A program made the translations under genes and the position numbers. The notes under the pieces were generated by a model, which saw only the letters and a list, made by a program, of their open reading frames with translations, searched no databases and was not told where the DNA came from. This document shows positions 52,931 through 64,000 of a stretch of DNA of 64,000 bases, piece by piece (position 1 is the stretch's first letter; each line of letters opens with the position of its first letter). Source of the DNA: Octopus bimaculoides (taxonomy: Eukaryota); assembly GCF_001194135.2 (NCBI RefSeq), contig NC_068992.1, forward strand, positions 61,088,708 through 61,152,707, given 5' to 3'.

Positions 52931-53874
52931 TCTAACTTTTAAACAAGGATTAAAAAAAAAAGAGACTTTGTTTGGAGAGTACCAAAATAATTTTTATTTG
53001 ATCTCTTGTCTGCTACAAAGCATAAAGCAAAGAAACACTACTCTCAATCTATTGGAAAGATTTTGATATACTACTGTAGTCTAAGAAAAACACTTTTCAA
53101 ATACACACTTGAGACCTTCTCTTCCCTGCCACACCTTTGCCACGGCGCTTAGTTGTATTTTCCCATTCACCTAAGTACAGCTAGCTTGCATGTTGCTTGA
53201 GGGGTGGTAAACACCTGACACGGAACGTATCTCTAAAAAATCATGACTGAGATATATTATAGAGAGTCTGGTTGTGTATGCTGTAGGGATGTGGTATTGG
53301 TGGGGGTTAAATATCTCAGAAGCCATGTAAAAGTATGCAAAACTCTTGAGGTATAATGTAGTGTGTGGGTGTGGAATGCTGTAAAGTGGTGGTGGTGGTG
53401 GTGGTGGTGGTGGTATATTCATCAGAAGCCTGCATCCATATGCAAAAATCTTGATCTAGATATAGAGCAGAGCAGGGATCAGCAATATTATTTGTAATGG
53501 CCTATATTTGTTTATTTTTTGTTTTTATTTATTTATATATATTTTTGTATTTACTTGTGCCCCTTATGCATGTTATATCATATCTTACATAAGGAAACAT
53601 CCCTGTGTATCCCCTCCCTTTCTTCCATCACTAGCAATGTTGATGTAAGCAAAAATGAAGAACTCATATTATGAAAGACTAAATGCCATTAACTGTTCTT
53701 CATTGCCATTGCTATCATCAATGTCCACTTTTCCATGCTTGTATGGGTCAAACAGAATTCAGTGGGGCTGATTTTTCTGTGGCCCAATGCACCTTCCTTT
53801 CATCAAACCTCACTTGTTTCCAAGCAAAGTAGTATTTTACCATTTCCCCTTAACCTGACCTGTTTTCACAGACA

Positions 53875-54290
53875 TTACTATGTGGTTAAGAAGTTTGCTT
53901 CACAACCAAATGGTTCCAGGTTCAATCTCACTGCAAGCACCTTAGATAAATGCCTTCTGTTATAGCATGGACTGACCAAAACCTTGCAAGTGGATTTGGT
54001 AGATGGAAACTGAAAGAAGTTCATACATATATGTGTGTGTGTGTGTGTGTGTATGTGTTGTGCATGTATGTACACTCTTGTCTTGTTATCTAATGATAAT
54101 GAGTATCACTGATGTACAAGCGATGTTCATTTCCATGGAAAACATGTTTGGCCATGGGAAGCAATATCACCTTGCTTGGAAACAGGTGAGGTTTGGTGAC
54201 AAGAATGGCAATCCGAGCATAAGAAAAAAATCTGCTTCAACATATTCTGACTGACTCCTGCAAGCATAGGAAAGTGGGCATTAAATGATG
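53875..54290 (+). mobile_element. CORE-type SINE head joined to an RTE-like tail
   Basis: tRNA-like head tgtggttaagaagtttgcttcacaacc...ggttcaatc, internal (TG)n, then a tail ending gggcattaaatgatga like the RTE 3' end. Similar copies at 41585-41940 (+) and 36630-36945 (-). Confidence 0.65.
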
Positions 54291-54300
54291 AGACAATTTC

Positions 54301-54725
54301 ATGGTGGTGAGCTGGAGAATCCTTAGCAAGCTGGTCAAAATGCTTTGTGATATTTCATCTGTCCATATGTTCTGAGTTCAAATTCAGCTGAGGTCAACTT
54401 TACCTGTTGTCCTTTTGGGGTCAGTAAATAAGTACCAGTTGAGTACTGTGGTCGATGTAATCGATTTAACCCCCTCCCCCAAATTTCAGGCCTTGTGCTT
54501 TTAGTAGAAAGGATTAACAGAATTGTTAGCAAGGTGGGCAAAATGCTTAGCGGTATGTCTGCCGCTACAGTCTGAGTTCAAATTCCACTGAGGTTGACTT
54601 TGCCTTTCAACCTTTCGGGGTCGATAAATTAAATACCAGTTGAGTACTGGGGTCAGTGTAATTGACTAGCCCCATCTCCCATAATTTCAGGCCTTGTGCC
54701 TATAGTAGAAAGGCTTATTATTATT
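54301..54725 (+). mobile_element. Two tandem copies of the same SINE
   Basis: Well-preserved ctttcggggtcgataaattaaataccagttgagtactggggtc core. Confidence 0.78.
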
Positions 54726-55146
54726 GTTATTGTTGTTAAATCAATAGTCTTCTTAAGTAGCAGTTTGCTATCATAATATCTTGAAGGGTAATGATCTCCA
54801 CTAGGATGATCACAATTTTTACTGTATGAAAGCGAAAATCTAAGTAGTGACCAAATGACCCTCTTAGGATAAATGGAAGCTTGTCACAGATTCTGAAGTC
54901 TTATGATTCATAATTATCCTGTGTGTAAGAAAAAGAAATAAATGTATGCCGTTGGTAATAGAATGAGGTCAGTCTACAGATTACATCTTGAAACTGAGTT
55001 AGTGGTTTAACAAGTATTTTGGTCATAGACAATACAATCCTGTGATGACATATAAATATACAATGAGTTGTCAGCACCTCTTCTGTTATATTATATTGAT
55101 ACTGATTAGCTGCATTTCTTATTTTCCATCATATTTAGTAATTTAA

Positions 55147-55354
55147 CCCTTTAACATTCAGATTACACTGTAAAATGTAATGCTTATATATCAACATTAT
55201 TTTGAATTATTCATACATTATCTTATAGCTTTAAGATTTCAATTATGTTATTTCTTTAGTTTTAGAGTGACTTTGTAGAATAGGTGTGAGTGGTTGGATC
55301 TTATCAGTTTGAACATAAAACAGGCTGGATATGGCTGGTTCAAATGCTAAAGGG
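55147..55354. mobile_element. piggyBac-type MITE, family A
   Basis: TTAA-CCCTTTAACATT ... AATGCTAAAGGG-TTCA; CCC/GGG termini with TTAA-like target. Confidence 0.72.
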
Positions 55355-55358
55355 TTCA

Positions 55359-55582
55359 CCCCTATTGAAACCAACTCTGTTGAGACTGCTCTTGGTTCTA
55401 CAATACGAACATCTTATTTTAAAATGATCTAAATTAAAACTGTTCATATTTATTTCATTTTTATTTTTGTTCCAAACATCAGTTTAATAATGACAATAAC
55501 AATTATTTTACTAAGTTCTTCATTATATTCAAAAATAATTGATACAAAGATGTAGTTTAACAGAAATATGGTAACAAAAAGG
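55359..55582. mobile_element. piggyBac-type MITE, family B, directly abutting family A
   Basis: Starts cccctattgaaacc and ends cagaaatatggtaacaaaaagg-ttta; homologous to 15745-15963. Confidence 0.6.
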
Positions 55583-55882
55583 TTTATACACAGACATACA
55601 TGCACATCTAAATGACTTATATTTTAGATATCCAAACACTTCACTCCAACTGAACATTATATTTTATTTCTACCCCATCTACTCCATCTCACACCATTCT
55701 ACCCCATCTTAGTCCCCATACAAACTAGATGTAAATCCTCCTTTACTTTCTTACAGACTTTCACTCAAATATCCCCCCACACACACACACAAACCCTCCC
55801 CCACCAAGAGCTATATTTATTAAGATAGGTATCTCTTCAGAAATTGGTGATTTACTATAATAGCTGCTAGCATTGCAGCTGC

Positions 55883-55929
<47 letters not shown>

Positions 55930-57609
55930 ATATAGACAAATACATAGATGTGTGCACATGCACACATCTGTAATTTATTTTCACTTTATTTTATAATAGT
56001 CCTAGATTTGTAGGAATACTATATTACTATATTATATCTCTTTACCATATGTTAGTAGAGAGAAAGAGAGCAGCAGCAGCAAACCAAAACTAGCTTGGGA
56101 AAGCATTTGATGTGACTGATGGGTGCATACAAATACACTTGTCGTATCTTGAATAGGTGTGCAGCAAACCAGGCCTGTTGGTGTTGCTAAACAGCATTTC
56201 CTCTTCCTGTATGTAGGTATAGTTGTGTGGTTAAAAAGTTGGGTTCATAATCACATGCTTCTTTGTCTGAGCCCATTGTATGCCTCCTTGGTGGATGATG
56301 GCATCACACACACGCATGCGCACACACACACTTTATAAGTTTAATGAAGATTGTTTTTTAAACAAGAAAGCTAAAAAGAAAGAGAGACATGCTTTTACCA
56401 AGACCCTTTTCTCTGATAGACCTTTAATAACATTTGAGTAGACATACAAGAGCAGAAAGAAAAGTCAATTCTAAAAATTATGGATTAACTGCTTAGATTT
56501 TCAAAGCCAAATGGCATAAGACAGAAAGTGGAAACACACCCATTCACTCTTTTCTGTTTTAATATCTGATATTAATTCTAAGTAAAACTTATGTAAAAAG
56601 TGAGTAAGTTAAACCAAATTGGTAATGGATAAAGAAAAATTCAATTTGTGGGTGTAATTTTAATGGAATCAGAAAGATGTATATAGTATGAACCATTTTA
56701 TAGGATTAATACAGTGTTTCTTTGGTGAATAACATTGGAATACCAACATAACTATAAGATGTGTGTGACCCAAAGGTTAGGGTGGTCAGTTCATGGTCAT
56801 AAGGTCATGAGTTCAGTTTCTGGACATGGTAACGTGTTGTGACTTTGAGCAAGGCTTTTCATTTCACATGGCTGCAGTCAGTTGTCAGGAGCACTAGCCA
56901 GGGTGCAGGTGCAGCCTCTCTCCTTCCAGCTGTCACATCTTGGATTTTATGCTGGGTCAAGTATGAGAGGACTGAAAAGGGTGTCTGTATCTGCTCATGA
57001 TTATATATACATCTAAAACAATTAGCACAAGCATAATGCATGTTACCAAGTTCTACTCACTTGTGAGTAACACCTTGGTAACATGTACTATTTACAAGCA
57101 GCATTACTGAAGTGTTGACAAATTTTATAGATGAATAAAAAAAAAAAACTGTTAACTATGATTGATTTTAATTGTTCTTTTCTTTTTATTAAGTTTAATT
57201 GGTTTGTTTTTCATCAGCAATAAATTTATAGTACTATAATTAAGAATTCAAAACTCTCTACAGCCATTGTGTTTTCATGTTTTCTTGTATGAAATGAATA
57301 CTGCTTTCCACAATCAATGTGGCTGATAACGTACATCAAATTCAATTTATAGTTCAGTGGTAAACAGCAGTAAAATCAATATACAACCATTAAAAACTTA
57401 TTGAATTACACAAATGAAAGATGTGTGAACTCTCAAAGCTGTAAACATTAGTTAATCAAAGTCTAATCTGAATGCAGAATGGTTTTGTGAGGGACTTCTG
57501 TAAATTTTTTGTCTAAATTCTAGAAAAGATCATTTCGCTTTATGATAATGAAATTGTTTCTGTCTCATGCTCTGAACTTCAAGATTATTCATGACTGCCC
57601 TTAGAAGAG

Positions 57610-57860
57610 TAAAGTCTTGTGGCTTTAGTGGTTAGTGTTGAAATCCTGGTTGCAAGGTTGTGGTTCTGATTCCTGAACTGAGCAATGCATGGTGTTCTTG
57701 AGCAAACCACTTCATTTCATGTTGCTCCAGTCCACTCAGCTGATAAAAATAAGTAACCCTGTTATGAACCAGCATACTGTTCAAGGAGGAATGTTGTGAT
57801 CTTGGTTACTTACATGCCATGGAAACTGAACAACCAACCCTGTGAATTGTAGAACTCGAG
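57610..57860 (+). mobile_element. Third tRNA-derived CORE-like SINE family
   Basis: ggctttagtggttag...gtgttcttgagcaaaccacttcatttcatgttgctccagtccactcagctg. Related copies at ~27065-27330 and ~56765-57080 (+), and ~30780-30975 (-). Confidence 0.62.
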
Positions 57861-59143
57861 ACACTACTTACTATCTGGAAGAACTACAAGAATTGTCTCT
57901 TCTGTCTCACACACAGCTTGTAGATTTCTCCAGGTAGAAAAGGGAAATGGCTTTTGCAGTGATATTTGTATTGTGAAGTCTTATTCAGTGAATAATACAA
58001 CTTCCTTCAGTGCAGTTGCACTAACTCTGCACTAGTTAACAGTTCTTCAAAAGCTTCAAGATAAAATGCTAATTAGCTAGCAAGCAAGCACAGCCACTTG
58101 AGCAATGAAAATTGTCACAGCTTTACGTAAACATGTACACATCTGATGAAACACAATAATCAAAACAGTAAACTTGTCTTGTAATTTCCTGGGTTTCTGC
58201 TTTCTAAGTGTTGCTCATCACATTAGTGGGCTTTTTGCATAGTTTCTTTTCAAATGACAATAATTTTTAAAGTCATTCTGATATTTTTGTTGACGAGACA
58301 ATGGAATAGGGACAGAGAGTGAAAATGAAAAAAAGAGGGAACTTTTTTTCAATTTCTTTCTAAGTGCTTTTCTTCCTATTTCATTTCTATACCCTTTCTT
58401 TTATTTTCTCTTTCGTTCTCTCTCTCTCTCTCTCTTTCAAGCTAACTCTTTCTCTTTTGATTCAGTTAATCTCTCTCTATTCTACTGTATTTTTTCAATC
58501 CCCTGCTCTCTCTTTATCTCCTTATTCTCTCTCTTCTTCATCTGTCAGTTTTAAATTCTATTTGGTATCAAATTTGCCATAGAAATTCATATCTAACCAT
58601 AAACTAGTTAACAAATGTGGGACAACATATGCAGAAACACATATAAATACACACTCTCTGCAAAGAAGAAAGAGTACTTAATCACAAAGAAATGATACTG
58701 CTGAGGTTACTCTTCCATGTTACTCCAAGTTTTATGGTTCTTCGTTGGTTATGCAAGAAAGGCTGTATTACAGAGTATAATATTTTTGGTGAATATTCTG
58801 GACATCAGTGTTGCCCAGGATAAGATAAGTGTGAAGTCTTTATAAATAAAAATGTGTTGAGAGTGATTCTGGTACACCAGGATCCATTTGAGCAGCAAAT
58901 GGTCATTAGGATAGGACAAAAAGATGTCTTTTGAGATGCCTCTGTACACTTTTTAATCTAGGTTGCTAGTGATGTGATTAATTGGACTATAACTTTGAGC
59001 TGCCTCTGCCCCACTTTACAATGCTCTGAAGAAGGTTGTGATTCAGTTACTCACCAGGGAAACATTTTCCTTATATCTCATCATCAGATCTAAGCTTATT
59101 GAACTAAGACTATTCATTGACATCACTCAGTGAAGTTCCGATA

Positions 59144-59464
59144 CAGTGGAGCCTTGGTTTATGAACACCTCTCATCACAAACAAATCAGTTTATGAACAG
59201 TTTTTTGAACATAAAATGTCTTGCGTAAAGAATAGTGTCTTGAGCAATGAACACACAAGCCAGTAACAATGGCTATCAACAAGCTGGGAGTATCAGTCGG
59301 AGACTGTCAGTTGCTGTCTAGATTTCATTCAGTGCATATCCCTGCTTGAATTCACTGTGCCTTCTCTTGAATTTCCTATGCGAAAAATGACTTTGGTTTA
59401 CGAACATTTCAGGTGACAAACAGCCTTCAGGAACAAATTTAACTCATAAACTGAAGTTCCACTG
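59144..59464. mobile_element. Tigger/pogo-type MITE, 321 bp
   Basis: TA on both sides (59142-43, 59465-66). Imperfect TIRs: CAGTGGAGCCTTGGTTTATGA versus reverse complement of the right end CAGTGGAACTTCAGTTTATGA. Confidence 0.8.
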
Positions 59465-60112
59465 TATATGTGAATCCTGGTGAATTCCAGGCATATTTTT
59501 CAGTTTTACAAGGTAATTTCATGGCTATCTTTTTGCAAGCCACACACCCATTTAGCTTTAACCTCTTGAGCAATCTGTGAACTGTTCTCACCAGGAATTT
59601 GACTCTGTTCTGCATGTCCAGAGTATTAAGCGTGTACAGACATTCAGGAGATGTTGCTGCTATTATTATTATCAATGTGATGATGTGGCAAAATTGTTAG
59701 CATGCTGGATAAAATGCTTAGTATCCTTTCATCTGTTTTTACATTCTGGGTTCAGAATGTAAAAACCATATGTAGGGGGTTGATGTGATCAACTAGCCCT
59801 CTTGCCCAAAATTTCAGACCTTGTGCCTTTAGTAGAAAGAATTATTATTCCAATAGAAATTGTAGAGACCAAATATATGTTGGTGCAGATTCAAAAATTG
59901 TGATAGTACTCCAGTGCAGGTCTAATATTATGCACCTCTATACTTAACTCCACATGTCTCTATGATACCACAAATGCTCTTGAATAAAGCATGAACAATT
60001 CTCGCATCATCCTATTTCTCTTTTGCCCACTATTTAAAATTTTGTCTTGAACCAACATGAAATAAGTTGTTATTATGTGTTCTACATTAAATTCTTTTCT
60101 TTATTTCTACAG

Positions 60113-60155
60113 CATTGGTTGGATCCTATCAAAACAGTTTACAAACAGTTAAAAG
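60113..60155 (+). CDS. FRMD5: Next coding exon of the same FRMD3/FRMD5-like FERM gene
   Basis: Acceptor ttttctttatttctacag| and donor G|gtaaag; 43 bp, phase 0-1. Encodes HWLDPIKTVYKQLK-G and continues the previous exon in frame to give ...RQR-HWLD..., the canonical FERM F1 motif. Confidence 0.92.
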
Positions 60156-60673
60156 GTAAAGTAAATTTACTTCTTGACATTTCTTGTTTCTATGAACTGT
60201 TGCTAGGAGAGGGTTTCTATTTAGTTTTGATGTTTTTGAAATTATTATTCCATCTTAACCCCACCATCACAAAATTAATTTACTGCTTCTGGTTAATAGG
60301 TTATGGCCATGCTGGAGCACTCACCATTTATATTTCTCTTTCTACATTTTACTTTCCTTTTTCATTCTCTTTCCATCTCGATTACCTCCATTGCCACCCA
60401 TTTTCCTTATATTTGTTCATCTTTTTTCTTTTTTTTTTTCATTTTCATTCTATCATAATTTTATCAAATTTCATCATTTTATTACAAAATTCTGTTAAAG
60501 GTCAACTATGTATTTTATCTTTCTGAGCCCAATTTTGTAAGGCATTGATTAGTTAAAGTATCAGTCCAGGGACAGAGTTAAATTTAACCGACTATGCATG
60601 TGCTTGTACCTGTGTGTGTATGTATGTGTGTGTGTGTGCGTGCGTGCGTGCATGCGTGCATGCATATGTGAAG

Positions 60674-60707
<34 letters not shown>

Positions 60708-61490
60708 TTACTATCATTTTAATGACTGCTTTTTTAATGTTAGTACGGGTCATGCAAGCGATATTTCTGAAGCCAGATGCCCTTCCTGTTACCAAATTGT
60801 TTCACGGGAAGATACTATTTCCACTTGTCTTTCAAAAGAGGAGCCATTCAGATGCTGGACATGTTTGTGTGACAGATGTAAACAATGTTAAGACCAAGTG
60901 GATCCACTCACCCCCTCCTACACACACACATACCTGATACACTTCTGTATAGTTTGTCAGTTCCACTCATAAAGTATTATGAGTGCCTGAGATTATAGTG
61001 GAAGACACTTGTCCACATGGTCAACCAGTGGGAACAAACCCAAACCATGAAGTTTGCATCTCCTTGTCTTGTCCTCGTGCAATACTTGTAAATGAGCTTC
61101 ACCATCATAAAAGCAGTGTTGTTTGCTTTCAATCTTCCAAGAAAACATGTCTGACCATAGAGAAATATTACTGTCTCTTCAAATTGCCTTATCTGACTGA
61201 TGCAAGCAGGGAAAAATGATAATTAAAAAGATGATTACGATAATATATATGAACAGATTGATGGATAGATGTGTGTGGTAATGTATATGTAAACAACACT
61301 GCTTTTATGATGGTGAAGCTCATTTACAAGTATCACATGATGTCAAGACAAGGAGATGCAAACCTCATGGTTTGGGTTTGTTCCCACTGTTTGACTATGT
61401 ATATATACTTGTATATGTATGTATGTATGTATGCATGTGTTTGTATATATGTGTGTGTAGTATGTGTATGTGTGTATATATATATATATT

Positions 61491-61675
61491 GACCGTTGAC
61501 TGAACACTATTCAATTTTTTTTCTCCGTGTTTTTCTCCTTGTCTCCGTATTCTTTCTGTTGAAGAGCGTAGCCCGAAACGTCAAAGACTTTCCGTATTCC
61601 CGAGCGTCATACTAATATATACTTTTGTTATTTACACCACCTGTCCTCGTCTGTTGTTATTTTTTGTATATTCTC

Positions 61676-61680
<5 letters not shown>
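61491..61680. mobile_element. Penelope-like terminal (pseudo-LTR) fragment between (TA)n tracts
   Basis: CpG-rich island in a CpG-poor background, with the ctgttgaagagcgtagcccgaaacgtcaaaga motif of the kind found in PLE repeats; homologous to 11200-11260. Confidence 0.6.
61551..61587 (+). ncRNA. Minimal type-I hammerhead-ribozyme-like motif with variant core
   Basis: TCTTT (stem I 5') - CTGTTGA (core; canonical is CTGANGA) - A - GAGCGTAGCCC (short imperfect stem II) - GAAAC|GTC (palindromic ACGT stem III, GUC cleavage triplet) - AAAGA (stem I 3', 5/5 complementary). Activity unknown. Confidence 0.5.
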
Positions 61681-61718
<38 letters not shown>

Positions 61719-63003
61719 AATAGGACGAATTCTTTTACAAGAATTTATCAAGTAGCTAGCATGAAAAAAACCTCATAAGGGAAAAAATCCATCATTTATT
61801 CCCGAAATATATATTTATATTTATGAATATAATTATATAAATATAATGCCCTTATATAAATATAAATATATATATATACATGTTGCATGAGACTTATGGA
61901 TCAATACCTGAAAAAATTCCTTTCCATAATACAAACTTAGCAAAGTAATTTTTGTGGAAGACTAGCAGTTACTTTGCTGGTCTATCTCCTCCCCATCTAT
62001 ACCAGTTTCTCTTGTTCATAGCACCGATGTTGTCTAAGATAAAAGAGATTTCAGTATTGATTGGAATTGGTGCTGACACATTTTGTAATCTGAATTTTAT
62101 AAGCTGTAATAGGGAAACGGTAAGATAACCCAGTCTAGTTCTCTAACAGTTTCACCAATCAACAACTTTAGATCAGGTATTTTATTTATCAACACCAAAC
62201 ATCTAGAAAATGAAGTCGGCTTCAGTGAGATTTGAACTCAGAACAAAGGGAGCCATAAAAAATATTGTATTTTTCCTCAGACACTCCTGACAAGCTCTCA
62301 ATTTATCTTTGTGTGTATATGTATTTTCTCATCATCATCTTGGAGTGTTTGATAAGATCTGATGAGTCGGGGAACTGCATTGTGCCCTTGTTTTGCCTTA
62401 GCATGGTTTCTATAGTTGAATGCCATTCCTAATGCCAACCTTTCTTTAGTGTATTGGGTGCTGTTTATGTGGTAGAAGCACTGTGTATGCCTATAATGCA
62501 TATATGTGTGTTCTTGTGCACATATAACACCATGATGTGTGGGGTAGGGTGTGACCCTCAGCTCCTGAGAAAAGTTGGCTGTAAGGGCACCATCATGACA
62601 TACAGCCCTTTCTGGGAATTTTAAACCTGGTGGAGTCCATCCCTTTTTAGGTCTGATTGCAACCGATTTCTTTCAGAGAGAAAGAGAGAGAGAGAGGGGG
62701 GTGAGAGGGAGAGAGAGAAGAATAAACCCTAATACGTAACTGGTACTTTAATTATAGACCATGATTGGATGAAAAGCAAAGTTGACCTTGCCAGGATTTG
62801 AAATCAGAGGGTAGAGAGCAGGAATGAATACTGCCAAGCATTCTATTCAATGCTCTTAGCACTCTGCTAATCTACCACCTCATCATTTGTGTAGTTGCTC
62901 ATGTTTTTACATTATTGTATTTGTATTGAAACGGTATCTCTTTGTTGGCTATCTGATAAATGAAATCATTTAAAATAATAAATGATATATATGTGTGTGT
63001 CTG

Positions 63004-63043
<40 letters not shown>

Positions 63044-63703
63044 CAGGTATATATTTATAGGTATTGGATATGTGTCTATGTATGTGCATATGTATGTGTA
63101 TATATATATATATGTGTGTGTGTGTGTTTGTGAGTGTGCATGTATATATATGTACACACATGCACATATATATTGTAATATTTGACATTTTAATTTAAAA
63201 AATTTTTTTTTTTCAGATTAATTGTTTACTTTTTATAAATATTCCAGTTAATATTTATTTTGAATCCTGAAAGGTTTACTTTCTCTCTCTTAAAATTGTT
63301 TTTGATATAATATTTAATACCATTTAATATATTTCACTTTTTAGCATTGTCTCTTAGCTCACTCTTCACCCCTCCCTCCCTCTTTCTGTCTGTCTGTCTC
63401 TTTCTCTCTCTCTCTCTCTCTCTCTGCTTCATTTTTGCCTTTCACTCTTCAGTGTTTTAAAAAAACTTTCTGACAGATACAGCTATTTGCGTCTCTATGA
63501 CTTGTTACAGGAAGATGCCCATCTTCTAACTGTTAAGTTTCTATGTGCTTGTTTTTTCAGGTTAACAATCAACTACATCATCGAGCCTGGTAGATGTGCT
63601 GAGACGTTTTTTTTTTATGTGTCTATTTGTAATTGTATGTGGATGTGCTGTATACATATGAGTGTTTAAAGAAGAATGTATATATATAATGTATATATAT
63701 ATG

Positions 63704-64000
63704 TCATCATCATCATCATCATCGTTTAACGTCCGCTTTCCATGCTAGCATGGGTTGGACGATTTGACTGAGGACTGGTGAAACCGGATGGCAACACCAG
63801 GCTCCAGTCTGATTTGGCAGAGTTTCTACAGCTGGATGCCCTTCCTAACGCCAACCACTCAGAGAGTGTAGTGGGTGCTTTTACGTGTCACCTGCACGAA
63901 AACGGCCACGCTCGAAATGGTGTCTTTTATGTGCCACCCGCACAAGCCAGTCCAGGGGCACTGGCAACGATCTCGCTCGAAAATCCTACAGGAGCCAGTC
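63704..64000 (-). mobile_element. 3' end of a second copy of the same RTE LINE (runs off the window)
   Basis: (cat)n tail followed by gtttaacgtccgctttccatgctagc...; 4 mismatches to 29731-29958 over 228 bp by manual comparison; CpGs intact. Confidence 0.88.

Larger units (their letters stand above)
51189..60112 (+). other. GT-AG intron (8924 bp) between the two FERM exons
   Basis: Bounded by gtaagt at 51189 and a polypyrimidine tract plus cag ending at 60112; filled with repeats. Confidence 0.88.

Noticed and set aside
63561-63610. Strong acceptor gttttttcag| as possible next FERM exon
   Set aside because: The required phase-1 frame gives GGT TAA at once, and there is no FRVKFYP motif.

Overview
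AT-rich, microsatellite- and SINE-dense eukaryotic genomic DNA with 7 N-gaps. The repeat families look like those of an octopus (inference; no search was possible). The only host gene I can support is a + strand FERM-domain (band 4.1) gene of the FRMD3/FRMD5 type. It contributes two small coding exons, 51084-51188 (KDSTGQWLLDQVCQRLNLIEKDYFGLRYVDMERQR) and 60113-60155 (HWLDPIKTVYKQLK-G), which splice in frame. I found neither the upstream nor the downstream exons, so most of the window is probably intronic. The rest is transposon debris: a decayed DD34D mariner, two young near-identical RTE LINE 3' ends, a Gypsy LTR+PBS+gag stub, Penelope-like relics with minimal hammerhead-ribozyme-like motifs, pogo/Tigger- and piggyBac-type MITEs (several nested), and arrays of tRNA-derived SINEs. 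Nearly all ORFs in the supplied track are artefacts of microsatellites, N-gaps or repeats. I cannot demonstrate a new biological system. The best leads are the atypical hammerhead motif at 61551-61587, a 55-bp-arm hairpin at 956-1095, and several inverted repeats that could form dsRNA in the pre-mRNA.
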